NCBI GenBank assembly: GCA_965228735.1
Contig: OZ245838.1
Span: 1,312,001-1,376,000, forward strand
From: Planctomycetota bacterium
Lineage (GTDB): Bacteria; Planctomycetota; UBA1135; UBA2386
Reading direction: 5' to 3'
DNA: 64,000 bases
In this document: positions 1 through 9,953 of the stretch, one piece after another
Position numbering within the stretch: the first letter of the stretch is position 1
How the letters are laid out: the number at the start of each line of letters is the position of its first letter
Position numbers and translations under genes: made by a program
Notes under the pieces: generated by a model
What the model was told of the DNA's origin: nothing
Seen by the model: only the letters and a program-made list of their open reading frames with translations
The model's database searches: none

Positions 1-1047
1 CTCGCGCACCTCGGGATACGCCGCGCCCATCACCTCGCCGACGACGTCGACCATCGCGAAGAGGAACGGCTGCTCGAGTCCGAGTTCGTAGCCGTCACGC
101 GCCGCGCGCCGCAGGATCTTGCGCACGACGTAGCCACGCCCTTCGTTGCTCGGCAGCGCGCCGTCGGCGATGCAGAAGCAGAGCGCGCGCACGTGATCGG
201 CGATGCGCCGCATCCGCACGTCGCGGTGGTCGTCCTTGCCGTAGGCCGTGCCCGTGCGCTCCCCGAGCCAGTCGAGGTACGGCCGGAACAGGTCGGTCTC
301 GAAGTTGTTCTTCGCGCCCTGCAGCACCGCGACGATGCGCTCGAGCCCGAGCCCGACGTCGATGTTCTTCTGCGGCAGCGGTTCGAGCTTGCCGCCGTCC
401 TGCCGGTCGAACTGCGTGAACACGCAGTTGCCGATCTCGGTGAAGCGGTCGTCCGGCAGGTCGACGAGCCCCTCCCGATCCGGGTACGGCTCACCCGGGC
501 GCGCATCGAAGTAGATCTCCGAGCACGGTCCACACACGCCGTTGGGGCCCTTGCTCGGCGCCTCGGCCGGCCAGAAGTTCTCCTTCTCGCCGAAGCGGAA
601 CACCTTCTCCGGTGCGAGCCCGATGTCCTTCGTCCAGATCTCGAACGCCTCGTCGTCGTCCTGATAGATCGTGACGACCATCTGCTCGGCCGGGATGCCG
701 CACACGTCCTTGAAGAACTCCCACTCCCAGGCGATGCACTCCTTCTTGAAGTAGTCGCCGAACGAGAAGTTGCCGAGCATCTCGAAGAACGTGTGGTGCC
801 GCGCCGTGAACCCGACGTTGTCGAGATCCGGCACGCGCAGACACTTCTGCGAGGTCGTCACGCGCTTGTCCGGCAGCGAGCCGCGCCCGAGGAACATGTC
901 CTTGAACTGGTTCATCCCGGCCCCCGTGAACAGCAGCGTCGGGTCGTTGGCCGGCACGAGCGAGTCGGAGGCCATCTGCTTGTGGCCTCGCTCGACGAAG
1001 AACTGCAGGAAGCGGGCGCGGACCTCGGCGGCGGGGAGCGGTTTCAT
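1..1047 (-). CDS. alaS: Alanine--tRNA ligase, 5' part (runs off window start)
   Basis: Not in the ORF track (no stop in window). Manual translation from ATG 1047 gives MKPLPAAEVRARFLQFFVERGHKQMASDSLVPANDPTLLFTGAGMNQFKDMFLG, then RHHTFFEMLGNFSFGDYFKKE and GRGYVVRKILRRA, which are AlaRS motifs. Confidence 0.97.
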   Translation of the reverse strand, partial: MKPLPAAEVRARFLQFFVERGHKQMASDSLVPANDPTLLFTGAGMNQFKDMFLGRGSLPDKRVTTSQKCLRVPDLDNVGFTARHHTFFEMLGNFSFGDYFKKECIAWEWEFFKDVCGIPAEQMVVTIYQDDDEAFEIWTKDIGLAPEKVFRFGEKENFWPAEAPSKGPNGVCGPCSEIYFDARPGEPYPDREGLVDLPDDRFTEIGNCVFTQFDRQDGGKLEPLPQKNIDVGLGLERIVAVLQGAKNNFETDLFRPYLDWLGERTGTAYGKDDHRDVRMRRIADHVRALCFCIADGALPSNEGRGYVVRKILRRAARDGYELGLEQPFLFAMVDVVGEVMGAAYPEVRE

Positions 1048-1239
1048 CGGTATTCAGGCGGACAGTCGGGCGAAAGGTTGTACCGACCGCCCGCCCCCGA
1101 CGAAAGGGCGCCGCGACGTCCTGAACGAGGGACGGGGCAAACGCCCGCGCCGAACGGCGGGCCGCGAATGGCAGCCTCCGCGCGCGGCCTCACGCCCGGG
1201 CTCGGCGCCCGACTGCGCAGGGGTCAGCGGCTCAGCGAC

Positions 1240-2409
<1,170 letters not shown>

Positions 2410-2493
2410 CGAGCTCCCTCCCTGGGATGCCTCTGGCTGGTGTGGCCGGAGATCGCGGTGCTGTCGCGGTTACGGAATTCTGTGATTCGCTGC

Positions 2494-2524
2494 ACGGTAG
2501 CGCGGACCCGAACAAAGACCAAAC
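2494..2524 (-). promoter_or_regulatory. Putative sigma70-like recA promoter with an overlapping GTTY-N7-GTTC motif
   Basis: Minus strand TTGGTC (2522-2517), 17-nt spacer, TACCGT (2499-2494); GTTT-GGTCTTT-GTTC at 2524-2510. Confidence 0.35.
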
Positions 2525-2799
2525 GGTTTCTTTGACGCTACTACCGATTGCGGCGATCCACCGGTGTTGTGGCCCGGATGGCCCCACTGGTTACACCAAC
2601 TCGCCCGACCGTTCACGGGCGCATTCCGGCCCGGACCCCGCCGGCCCGGGTGCCGTCGCGGCAGATCCGCGCCGGAACGGGACTTCGGTCTCACCCATGG
2701 CACCGGCACGAGGCGTCCGCGGGTCGGGTTTTTCCGCAGTCCCGCTCAAGGGCCCCGGGGTCACGCACGATAGCCCGGCGCCCAACCAGGGAGATCACC

Positions 2800-3291
2800 A
2801 TGATTCGCGTCCTCGGCATCGCCTCGTTGTTCACGGCCATCGCGCTCACGCCGGCCACCGCCACGGCCCAGTTCGTGGAGAACCCGTTCGTCCAGAACCC
2901 GGTGAACGGGCCCGTCGTCGAGGATCCGGTCGTCGAGGGCCCGGTCGTGGAGGACCCGGTCATCGAAGGCCCGGTCGTCGAAGACCCCGTGGTCGAGGAC
3001 CCCGTCGTGGAGGACCCAGTGGTCGAGGACCCAGTGGTCGAGGATCCGGTCACCGAGCCCGGCAAGAAGAAGCGCTGCAAGCAGCGCCTGCGCGAACGCC
3101 TGCAGAAGATCCGAGCCAAGCTGCAGCAGAAGCGCGCGCGCATGCAGCAGAGCAAGGAACGGTGCAAGCAGAAGAAGAGCTGCCGGTCCGACATCTTCGA
3201 GGTCATCCGCAAGCACAAGGAACGCCTCGCGAAGCGCAAGGCCGCCCTCAAGGCGAAGCTGCAGGCGAAGAAGAAGCGCGGCCGCAAGTAG
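2800..3291 (+). CDS. Secreted hypothetical protein with acidic PVVED repeats and a basic C-terminus
   Basis: GGGAG RBS before ATG 2800; signal peptide MIRVLGIASLFTAIALTPATATA|Q; 10 PV(V/I/T)E(D/G/P) units; K/R-rich tail with three Cys. Confidence 0.85.
   Translation: MIRVLGIASLFTAIALTPATATAQFVENPFVQNPVNGPVVEDPVVEGPVVEDPVIEGPVVEDPVVEDPVVEDPVVEDPVVEDPVTEPGKKKRCKQRLRERLQKIRAKLQQKRARMQQSKERCKQKKSCRSDIFEVIRKHKERLAKRKAALKAKLQAKKKRGRK
2911..3060 (+). repeat. 10 x 15-bp coding tandem repeat (consensus CCN GTS GTS GAR GAC)
   Basis: Visible directly in the DNA; synonymous variation between units. Confidence 0.9.
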
Positions 3292-3321
3292 CGGCCCGCC
3301 CGCTCGGCCCGATCAACGGGC

Positions 3322-5136
3322 TCAGCTCTGCTCCTGCAGCCGTCGCAGGGCCTTGAGCTTCTGCGAATAGGCGCGGTTGATCGCGCGCCGGCGCAAGCGC
3401 CCGAGCAGCTGGTTCGGGTCGTCCGCGGCCACGACCGGCAGCTCGTCGAGCAGCACGGCGTCGAACGTCTCGATCGCGCGGTGCAGATCGTCCGTCGGCC
3501 GCACGACGACCGGCGGACTCGACATCACGTCCGCGGCGGTCGCGAGCTGATAGATCTCGCGGTCGAACGTGAACTGCCGCACGTCGTTGGCCGAGAACAC
3601 GCCGACGAAGCGATCGTCCTGATCGAGCACGGGGAAGTAGTCCTCGCGGCGCTCGACGAGCAGCTGCACGATCTCCCGCAGCGGCGTGTTCGAGCGCACG
3701 GCGAACACCTCGCTCGGCTCGAAGACGTCCTGCACCGTCATCTTCTCGAGCAGCGCGACCTGATACTCGCCCGCGTGCGCCGGCGACAGCGCGCGATGCG
3801 GCACCTGCTTGACGTAGAGCGCGGTGCCGCGGCTCAGCAGGAACGTGAGCCCGCAGACCCACATCGCGGGCAGCAGCAGCGCGTAGCTGCCGGTCATCTC
3901 GGTGACCATGACGATCGTGCTGATCGGCGTCTTGGCCGCGCCGGCGAAGAACCCGCACATGCCGACGACGACGAAACTGGCGGGGTGCGAGACGAGGCCG
4001 AGCTCCTGCCCGATGAGGCCGACAGCGCCCCCGATCGCGCCGCCGACGACCATGCTCGGGCCGAACACGCCGCCGCTGCCGCCCGCCGCGATCGTGCACG
4101 ACGTCGCGACGATCTTGGCGAGCGCGATCACGATCAGCAGGCGCACGCCCTCCCACCCGAGCACGGCGCCATCGAGCGACTCCTGCAGGATGCCGTAGCC
4201 GTTGCCCGCCGCGCAGAGCCCGAGCTCGTCACCCGTGAGCTGCCACGCGAGAACGGCGATGCCGCCGCAGAGCAGGCCGCCGATCAGCGCCACGAGCGGG
4301 CGCGGCAGCGGCAGCCGGTGGAACCAGCCTTCGCTCGCGTAGAAGAACTTCACGAACAGGAAGATCACCGGCACGAGCGTCAGCGCGAGCACGGTATGCG
4401 GCAGCAGCTCCGCGAGGTCGGAGAAGCGGAAGCCCTCGCCGAGTTCGAAGAGCGTGCCGAACTCACCGACGAACCCGCAGTAGACGCAGTACGACACCGC
4501 CGACGACAAGAACGACGGCATCACGACCTCGCCCTCGAACTCGGCGTCGCGGTAGAGGATCTCGGACGCGAACAGCGCACCTGCGAACGGCGCCCGGAAG
4601 ATCGCGCCGACGCCGCCCGCCATGCCGCACGCGAGGAGGATGCGGCACTGGCTGTCGCGCAGCCCGAGCTTCTGTCCGAGCCAGGAGCCCGTACCGGCGC
4701 CGATCTGCGCGATCGGCCCCTCCCGACCGCCGCTGCCGCCCATGCCGATCGTCAGCGCCGACGTGATCGCCTTGACGAACGGCACGCGACCGCGGACTCG
4801 ACCGCCCTTGTGGTGATACGACTCGATCGCGGCATCCGTGCCGTGCCCCGTCGCCTCGGGCGCGAGCCACCGGCAGATCAGCGCGCTGAGCGAGCAGCCG
4901 ATCGCCGGCAGGAGCAGCAGCCACAGGATGCTCGGCTCGCCGGCGCCCTCGCCGTGCGGGAAGAACTGCACCTCGCCGCGCGGGCCCTCGGGCGCGTAGT
5001 TGGCGAGCCCGCTGAGCGTGAACTTCGTGATCAGGCCGCTGAGGAACTCGAACGCGATCGCGCCGAGACCCGCGAGCAGCCCGACGAGCATCGCGAGCGG
5101 GTAGATGGAAGTGCGAAGCGAGCGGAACGAAGCCAA
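3322..5136 (-). CDS. ClC-family chloride channel/antiporter with C-terminal CBS pair
   Basis: GHGTD, GREGP and GGVFGPS ClC motifs; many TM helices; CBS-like C-terminus (YFPVLDQDDRFVGVFS). Start codon uncertain. Confidence 0.93.
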   Translation of the reverse strand: MASFRSLRTSIYPLAMLVGLLAGLGAIAFEFLSGLITKFTLSGLANYAPEGPRGEVQFFPHGEGAGEPSILWLLLLPAIGCSLSALICRWLAPEATGHGTDAAIESYHHKGGRVRGRVPFVKAITSALTIGMGGSGGREGPIAQIGAGTGSWLGQKLGLRDSQCRILLACGMAGGVGAIFRAPFAGALFASEILYRDAEFEGEVVMPSFLSSAVSYCVYCGFVGEFGTLFELGEGFRFSDLAELLPHTVLALTLVPVIFLFVKFFYASEGWFHRLPLPRPLVALIGGLLCGGIAVLAWQLTGDELGLCAAGNGYGILQESLDGAVLGWEGVRLLIVIALAKIVATSCTIAAGGSGGVFGPSMVVGGAIGGAVGLIGQELGLVSHPASFVVVGMCGFFAGAAKTPISTIVMVTEMTGSYALLLPAMWVCGLTFLLSRGTALYVKQVPHRALSPAHAGEYQVALLEKMTVQDVFEPSEVFAVRSNTPLREIVQLLVERREDYFPVLDQDDRFVGVFSANDVRQFTFDREIYQLATAADVMSSPPVVVRPTDDLHRAIETFDAVLLDELPVVAADDPNQLLGRLRRRAINRAYSQKLKALRRLQEQS

Positions 5137-5225
5137 GGGACTGGCGTTGGAGTAACGAAAGCCGACGCGGGCGAAAAGACTCTCATGCCTGTTTCCCGCC
5201 CGGGGATCGGCGATAGTGCGCTCGT

Positions 5226-8200
5226 ATGGCGGGTTCTTGGACGATGCGGATCGGTACGGCCGTGTTCCTGGTGCTGGCGTTCGTCGGCGGTTGGTGGCTC
5301 TGGGAACTCCTCGGGGGCGGCCCGGACGAGATCACGGCGCCGCGGCCGGACGTGATCCCCGGCAGCATCGAGATGGCGCCGTTGCGGGACCGGGTCCTCG
5401 GCGACGAGCGCACGTTCGTGCGGCTCGGCGCGACCGAGTGCGGCATCGACTTCCAGAACGTGCTGCGACGCGAGAACCGCTTCCAGTACCTGACGAACGG
5501 CGCCGGCCTCGCCGCTGGTGACTACGACGGCGACGGCCTCGTCGACCTCTACCTCGTGTCGCAGGACACCAAGGACCGGCTCTACCGCCAGGTCGCGCCC
5601 ATGAAGTTCGAGGACGTGACCGCGGCGGCCGGCGGCGTCGACGGCGGCGACGCCTGGGGCACGGGCGCGACGTTCGCCGACGTCGACGGCGACGGCGATC
5701 TCGATCTCTACGTGTGCCGCCTCGAGGCGAAGAACCTGCTCTACGAGAACCAGGGCGACGGCACGTTCGTCGAGAACGGCAGCAAGTACGGCCTCGACAT
5801 CGTCGCCGCGTCGATGATGGCCGCGTTCTGCGACTACGACAACGACGGCGCGCTCGACGTCTACCTGCTGACGAACCGCGCGCTGCACGCGGGCTGGGCG
5901 CAGACGCCGCCCGTGCTCGGTGGGTTCACGCCGGGCCGGGACACCGTGCGCGCGCCCGCCGCGATGGTGCCGACGATCCAGCAGGCAGCTCAGATCGGCG
6001 ACCTCGTGCGCAGCGATCGGCTGCAGGACAGCAGCATCCCGGGACCGCTGCGCGAGCACTACATGGCGTTCCGCGGCCGGCCCTACATGACCGGGCAACA
6101 GGACAAGCTGCTGCGCAACGTCAACGGCAAGTTCGTCGACGTGTCGGCGAGCGCCGGCATCGCCGGTCACGGCATGGGGCTGTCGGCGACCTGGTGGGAC
6201 TACGACGGTGACGGGCGGCCCGACCTCTACGTCGCCAACGACCTCGAGTCACCGGACCGGCTCTACCACAACGAGGGCTCTGGCACGTTCCGCGAGGTCG
6301 CGGCCGACGTGCTGCCGCACACCGCCTACTACGGCATGGGGAGCGACGCGGGCGACGTCGACGGCGACGGCCACCTCGACTTCCTCGTCGCCGACATGTC
6401 GATGCGCACGCACGAGAAGGCCAAGGTGCTCATGGGTGACATGGACACCCAGCGCCCGGTGCTGATGCACAGCAGTCCGCCGCAGTACATGCGGAACGCG
6501 CTGCTGCTCAACACCGGCGCGCGGCCGCGGCGCTTCCAGGAGGCCGCGAAGATCGCCGGCCTGTCGAGCACGGACTGGACGTGGAGCGTGCTGTTCGGCG
6601 ATCTCGACAACGACGCGCGGCTCGATCTCTTCGCCACCAACGGCATCGCGCGGTTCGACACGGACCCCGACCTCAAGATCCAGGTCGACAAGCTGTGGGC
6701 GCAGAACCGCCACCAGGCCGCCTACCAGCTGATCCAGAACGTCGGCAAGGTCGCGGAGCCGAACGTGGCGCTGCGCAACGCGGGCGACCTGCAGTTCGAG
6801 CGTCACGCCGACTGGGGGCTCGAGCTCGAGTCCGTGACCCACGGCGCGGTGCTCGTCGACCTCGACGGCGACGGTGACCTCGACGTCGTCACCAACAACT
6901 GGAACGCGGACTTCGGCGTCTGGGAGAACCGCGCCGCGACCGGCAACGCGCTGCTCGTCGAGCTGCGGGGGCGCCAGAGCGATCGCTTCGGCGTCGGCTC
7001 CCGGGTGATCGCGGTGCTGCCAGGTGGACAGCGGATCGTGCGCGAGAACTGGCTGTCGCGCGGCTACCTGTCCGGCCAGGCACCGGTCGTCCACCTCGGG
7101 ATCGGTGACGCAGACGCGGTCGACAGGCTCGAGGTGCAGTGGCCCTCGGGCCAACGCTCGACCTACTACACCATCGCCAGTAACCAGCGCGTGACGATCA
7201 CCGAGCCGGGTGGTCCCGTCCCGAAGCACGCGGTCGAACCGGCGACTCCATGGTTCGAAGCCGCGGCCGCGCCGGCGTTCGGCCACGTCGAGAACGACTT
7301 CGATGACTACGCGGATCAACCGCTGCTGCCGGCGCGGGTGTCGCGACTCGGACCGGGGATCGCGTGCGCCGACGTCGACGGCGACGGCGACGACGACGCG
7401 TTCGTCGGCGGGGCGATTGGTCAGGCCGGCGTGCTGTTCCTGCGGGACGGTGCTGGTTGGCAGCCGCGGCCGGGACCGTGGGACGACGACGCGGCGAGCG
7501 AGGACATGGGGCTCGTGTTCTTCGACTTCGACGGCGACGGCGACGTCGACCTGTTCGTGAGCAGCGGCGGAGCGGCCCGGGCGGCCGGGGATCCGGCGCT
7601 GCAGGATCGGCTCTACGAGAACGACGGTAACGGCAACTTCGAGAGGGTCACCGGCGCACTGCCCGAGATTCGCGAATCGTCGGGCCACGCCACGGTCGCC
7701 GACTTCGACGGGGACAACGACCTCGACCTGTTCGTCGCCGGCCGCATCGTCCCCGGCCAGTTCCCCGACGCGCCTTCGAGCCGGCTGTATCAGAACGACG
7801 GCGGCCGCTTCACCGACGTGACCGCGGAGCTCGCGCCGGCGCTGGGGACCGCGGGCATGGTGACGAGCGCGCTCTTCACGGACGTCGACGCCGACGGCCG
7901 CATCGATCTGCTGCTCGCCGCGCGCTGGCAGCCGATCCGGCTGCTGAAGAACGTGGGCGGCAAGTTCACCGACGCGACGGACAGCGCGGGCCTGCTGCCC
8001 CACACCGGCTGGTGGAACTCGCTCTGCGCGGTCGACGTCGACCACGACGGCGACCTCGACTACCTGGCCGGCAATCGCGGCCACAACACGAAATACAAGG
8101 CCGACCGCGAGCACCCGGCCGTCCTCTACTACGGCGACTTCGACGACAACGGCACGCGCGATCTCGTCGAGGCCAAGTATCGCGGCGACACGCTGCTGCC

Positions 8201-8927
8201 CGTCCGCGGCCGCAGCTGCAGCAGCGGCGCGATGCCGTTCGTGGCGCAGAAGTTCGAGACCTACGAGAAGTTCGCGCGGTCCACGCTCGCCGAGATCTAC
8301 ACGCCCCAGAAGCTCGACGCCTGTGGCGAGCTGCGGGCGACGACGTTGAGCAGCAGCCTGCTGCGCAACGACGGCACCGGCAGGTTCACGTTGGAGCCGC
8401 TGCCGCGCCGAGCGCAGCTCGCGCCGATCGACGGCATGGTCGTGCTCGGCGACCTCGTGATCTGCGCGGACAACTGCAGCTCGCCGGAGCCCGAGACCGG
8501 CAACCACGACGGCAGCACCGGCCTCGTGCTGCGCGTCGCCAATGGCAACCTCGAGGTCGTGCCCACGAGCGAACACGGCATCGCGATGCTCGGCGACCGC
8601 CAGGGCGTGGCGCTCGCCCGCACGCAGAGCGGCGACATCGACATCCTGTTCGCCCGCAACGCGGGCACCGTGACCTCGTATCGCCGATCGACCGACGCGA
8701 GGATGCCGACGCTTTGGCGCCGGATCGACTGGCCGGAGCACCAACCGCGCCCGGCCCCGGGCACGCGACTCACGTTCGAACTGCTGGACGGCTCATCAGC
8801 CGCGGCCGAGATCCACGCCGGCTCCGGCTACCTCTCCCACACCTCGATCATCACGGCCCCCACCACCGCCAAGACCGTGACATGGGCACCCAGCACCGGC
8901 GGCCGCGCCACGATCCCGCTGCGATAG
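5226..8927 (+). CDS. FG-GAP/VCBS-repeat protein of the CRTAC1/ASPIC-UnbV type with N-terminal anchor
   Basis: Many DxDGDGDLDL repeats; ASPIC-like segment GYLSGQAPVVHLGIG...LEVQWPSG; second repeat block and C-terminal GSGYLS. Confidence 0.9.
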   Translation: MAGSWTMRIGTAVFLVLAFVGGWWLWELLGGGPDEITAPRPDVIPGSIEMAPLRDRVLGDERTFVRLGATECGIDFQNVLRRENRFQYLTNGAGLAAGDYDGDGLVDLYLVSQDTKDRLYRQVAPMKFEDVTAAAGGVDGGDAWGTGATFADVDGDGDLDLYVCRLEAKNLLYENQGDGTFVENGSKYGLDIVAASMMAAFCDYDNDGALDVYLLTNRALHAGWAQTPPVLGGFTPGRDTVRAPAAMVPTIQQAAQIGDLVRSDRLQDSSIPGPLREHYMAFRGRPYMTGQQDKLLRNVNGKFVDVSASAGIAGHGMGLSATWWDYDGDGRPDLYVANDLESPDRLYHNEGSGTFREVAADVLPHTAYYGMGSDAGDVDGDGHLDFLVADMSMRTHEKAKVLMGDMDTQRPVLMHSSPPQYMRNALLLNTGARPRRFQEAAKIAGLSSTDWTWSVLFGDLDNDARLDLFATNGIARFDTDPDLKIQVDKLWAQNRHQAAYQLIQNVGKVAEPNVALRNAGDLQFERHADWGLELESVTHGAVLVDLDGDGDLDVVTNNWNADFGVWENRAATGNALLVELRGRQSDRFGVGSRVIAVLPGGQRIVRENWLSRGYLSGQAPVVHLGIGDADAVDRLEVQWPSGQRSTYYTIASNQRVTITEPGGPVPKHAVEPATPWFEAAAAPAFGHVENDFDDYADQPLLPARVSRLGPGIACADVDGDGDDDAFVGGAIGQAGVLFLRDGAGWQPRPGPWDDDAASEDMGLVFFDFDGDGDVDLFVSSGGAARAAGDPALQDRLYENDGNGNFERVTGALPEIRESSGHATVADFDGDNDLDLFVAGRIVPGQFPDAPSSRLYQNDGGRFTDVTAELAPALGTAGMVTSALFTDVDADGRIDLLLAARWQPIRLLKNVGGKFTDATDSAGLLPHTGWWNSLCAVDVDHDGDLDYLAGNRGHNTKYKADREHPAVLYYGDFDDNGTRDLVEAKYRGDTLLPVRGRSCSSGAMPFVAQKFETYEKFARSTLAEIYTPQKLDACGELRATTLSSSLLRNDGTGRFTLEPLPRRAQLAPIDGMVVLGDLVICADNCSSPEPETGNHDGSTGLVLRVANGNLEVVPTSEHGIAMLGDRQGVALARTQSGDIDILFARNAGTVTSYRRSTDARMPTLWRRIDWPEHQPRPAPGTRLTFELLDGSSAAAEIHAGSGYLSHTSIITAPTTAKTVTWAPSTGGRATIPLR

Positions 8928-8934
8928 ATCCCGG

Positions 8935-8958
8935 CGTACGGTACCCGGTTCGAGCTGC
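8935..8958 (+). repeat. REP-like motif copy CGTACGGTACCCGGTTCGAGCTGC
   Basis: Matches the copies at 9774-9876. Confidence 0.65.
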
Positions 8959-8972
8959 AAGTTCCGCGTCAC

Positions 8973-9752
8973 TCACACGAGGGGGAAGTGCTCACCCTCG
9001 ATGCGCGCGCCCTTCGCCAGGTGCGGCACGCCGCGCAGCAGCGGCCCGGTGTCGTCGGCGACCCGAACGTCCGCGGCCATGTAGTTGAGCACGACCGCGC
9101 GCCGCCAGCGTGAGCTGCGATTCGGCCCGCTGCCGTGCAGCGTGTGGCTGTGGTGCAGCGTTGCTTCGCCAGCGCGACACGCGACCGGTTGCGGGTCCCA
9201 CGTCAGCTCCGCCGCGACGTGCTCCCGAATCGACTCGAGATCGGCGTCGAACGGAATCGCGGGCAGCAGTGGCAGGCGGTGGCTGCCGGGCAGGAACTGC
9301 AGGCACCCGCTCTCCTCGTCGCTGTCGTCGAGCAGCAGGTTCACGGTCACGTGGTGCGCGGGCGCGGTGCGCTGCCAGTACGAGTAGTCCTGGTGCCACG
9401 GCACGACGCCCGGGTGGCCCGGCGGCTTCGCGAACACCTGGTCGTGGAAGAACCGCAGTTCGTCGACTCCGAGCGCCGCCTTGGCCGCGCCCGTGATGCG
9501 CGGGTCGAACACCAGTTCCCGGAGCGCCGGTTGCACGCGCCAGCCGCCGAGGAAATGCGCCACGACCTCGTCGGGCCGGTCACGATGCGCGGCCTCGACC
9601 TCGTAGAGCTCGGGCTCGTAGCGCTCGAGATCGTCGAGGATCGCGGCGACCGCCCCGCGAACGCGCTCCACCTCGCCGGCGTTCAACAGCCCGATCGGCC
9701 CGCAGAACCCGTCCGCTTCGAACCGCGCCCGCTCGGCCTCGGAGATCGCCAT
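8973..9752 (-). CDS. Phytanoyl-CoA dioxygenase (PhyH) family Fe(II)/2OG dioxygenase
   Basis: KPP...PWHQDYSYW (HxD), GCLQFLPGSH, TLHGSGPNRS..WRR. Confidence 0.92.
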   Translation of the reverse strand: MAISEAERARFEADGFCGPIGLLNAGEVERVRGAVAAILDDLERYEPELYEVEAAHRDRPDEVVAHFLGGWRVQPALRELVFDPRITGAAKAALGVDELRFFHDQVFAKPPGHPGVVPWHQDYSYWQRTAPAHHVTVNLLLDDSDEESGCLQFLPGSHRLPLLPAIPFDADLESIREHVAAELTWDPQPVACRAGEATLHHSHTLHGSGPNRSSRWRRAVVLNYMAADVRVADDTGPLLRGVPHLAKGARIEGEHFPLV

Positions 9753-9773
9753 CCCACCGTCTTACCGCCGACG

Positions 9774-9876
9774 CCGTTCGGTACCGGGTTGAAACCGGCC
9801 GAGCTCGAACTGCGGATCCGGCAGCTTGCACGCGGTACCGTACGGGGCCCGGCAACTTGAACCCGGTACCGTACGG
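9774..9876. repeat. Cluster of three REP-like motif copies (one plus strand, two tandem minus strand)
   Basis: 9818-9845 and 9849-9876 read CCGTACGGTACCG(C/G)GT(G/T)CAAG(C/T)TGCCGG on the minus strand; the copy from 9774 reads CCGTTCGGTACCGGGTTGAA on the plus strand. Confidence 0.75.
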
Positions 9877-9953
9877 CTGCCTTGTGGAACGCTTCCGCTG
9901 GTTGCAGGCGAGGGCGCCGTGGGACAACATGGTGCTGCCCCTCCCCCTCACGC

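Noticed and set aside
2911..3060. Possible CRISPR array
   Set aside because: 15-bp in-frame coding repeats without spacers; no cas genes or repeat-spacer array seen in the window.
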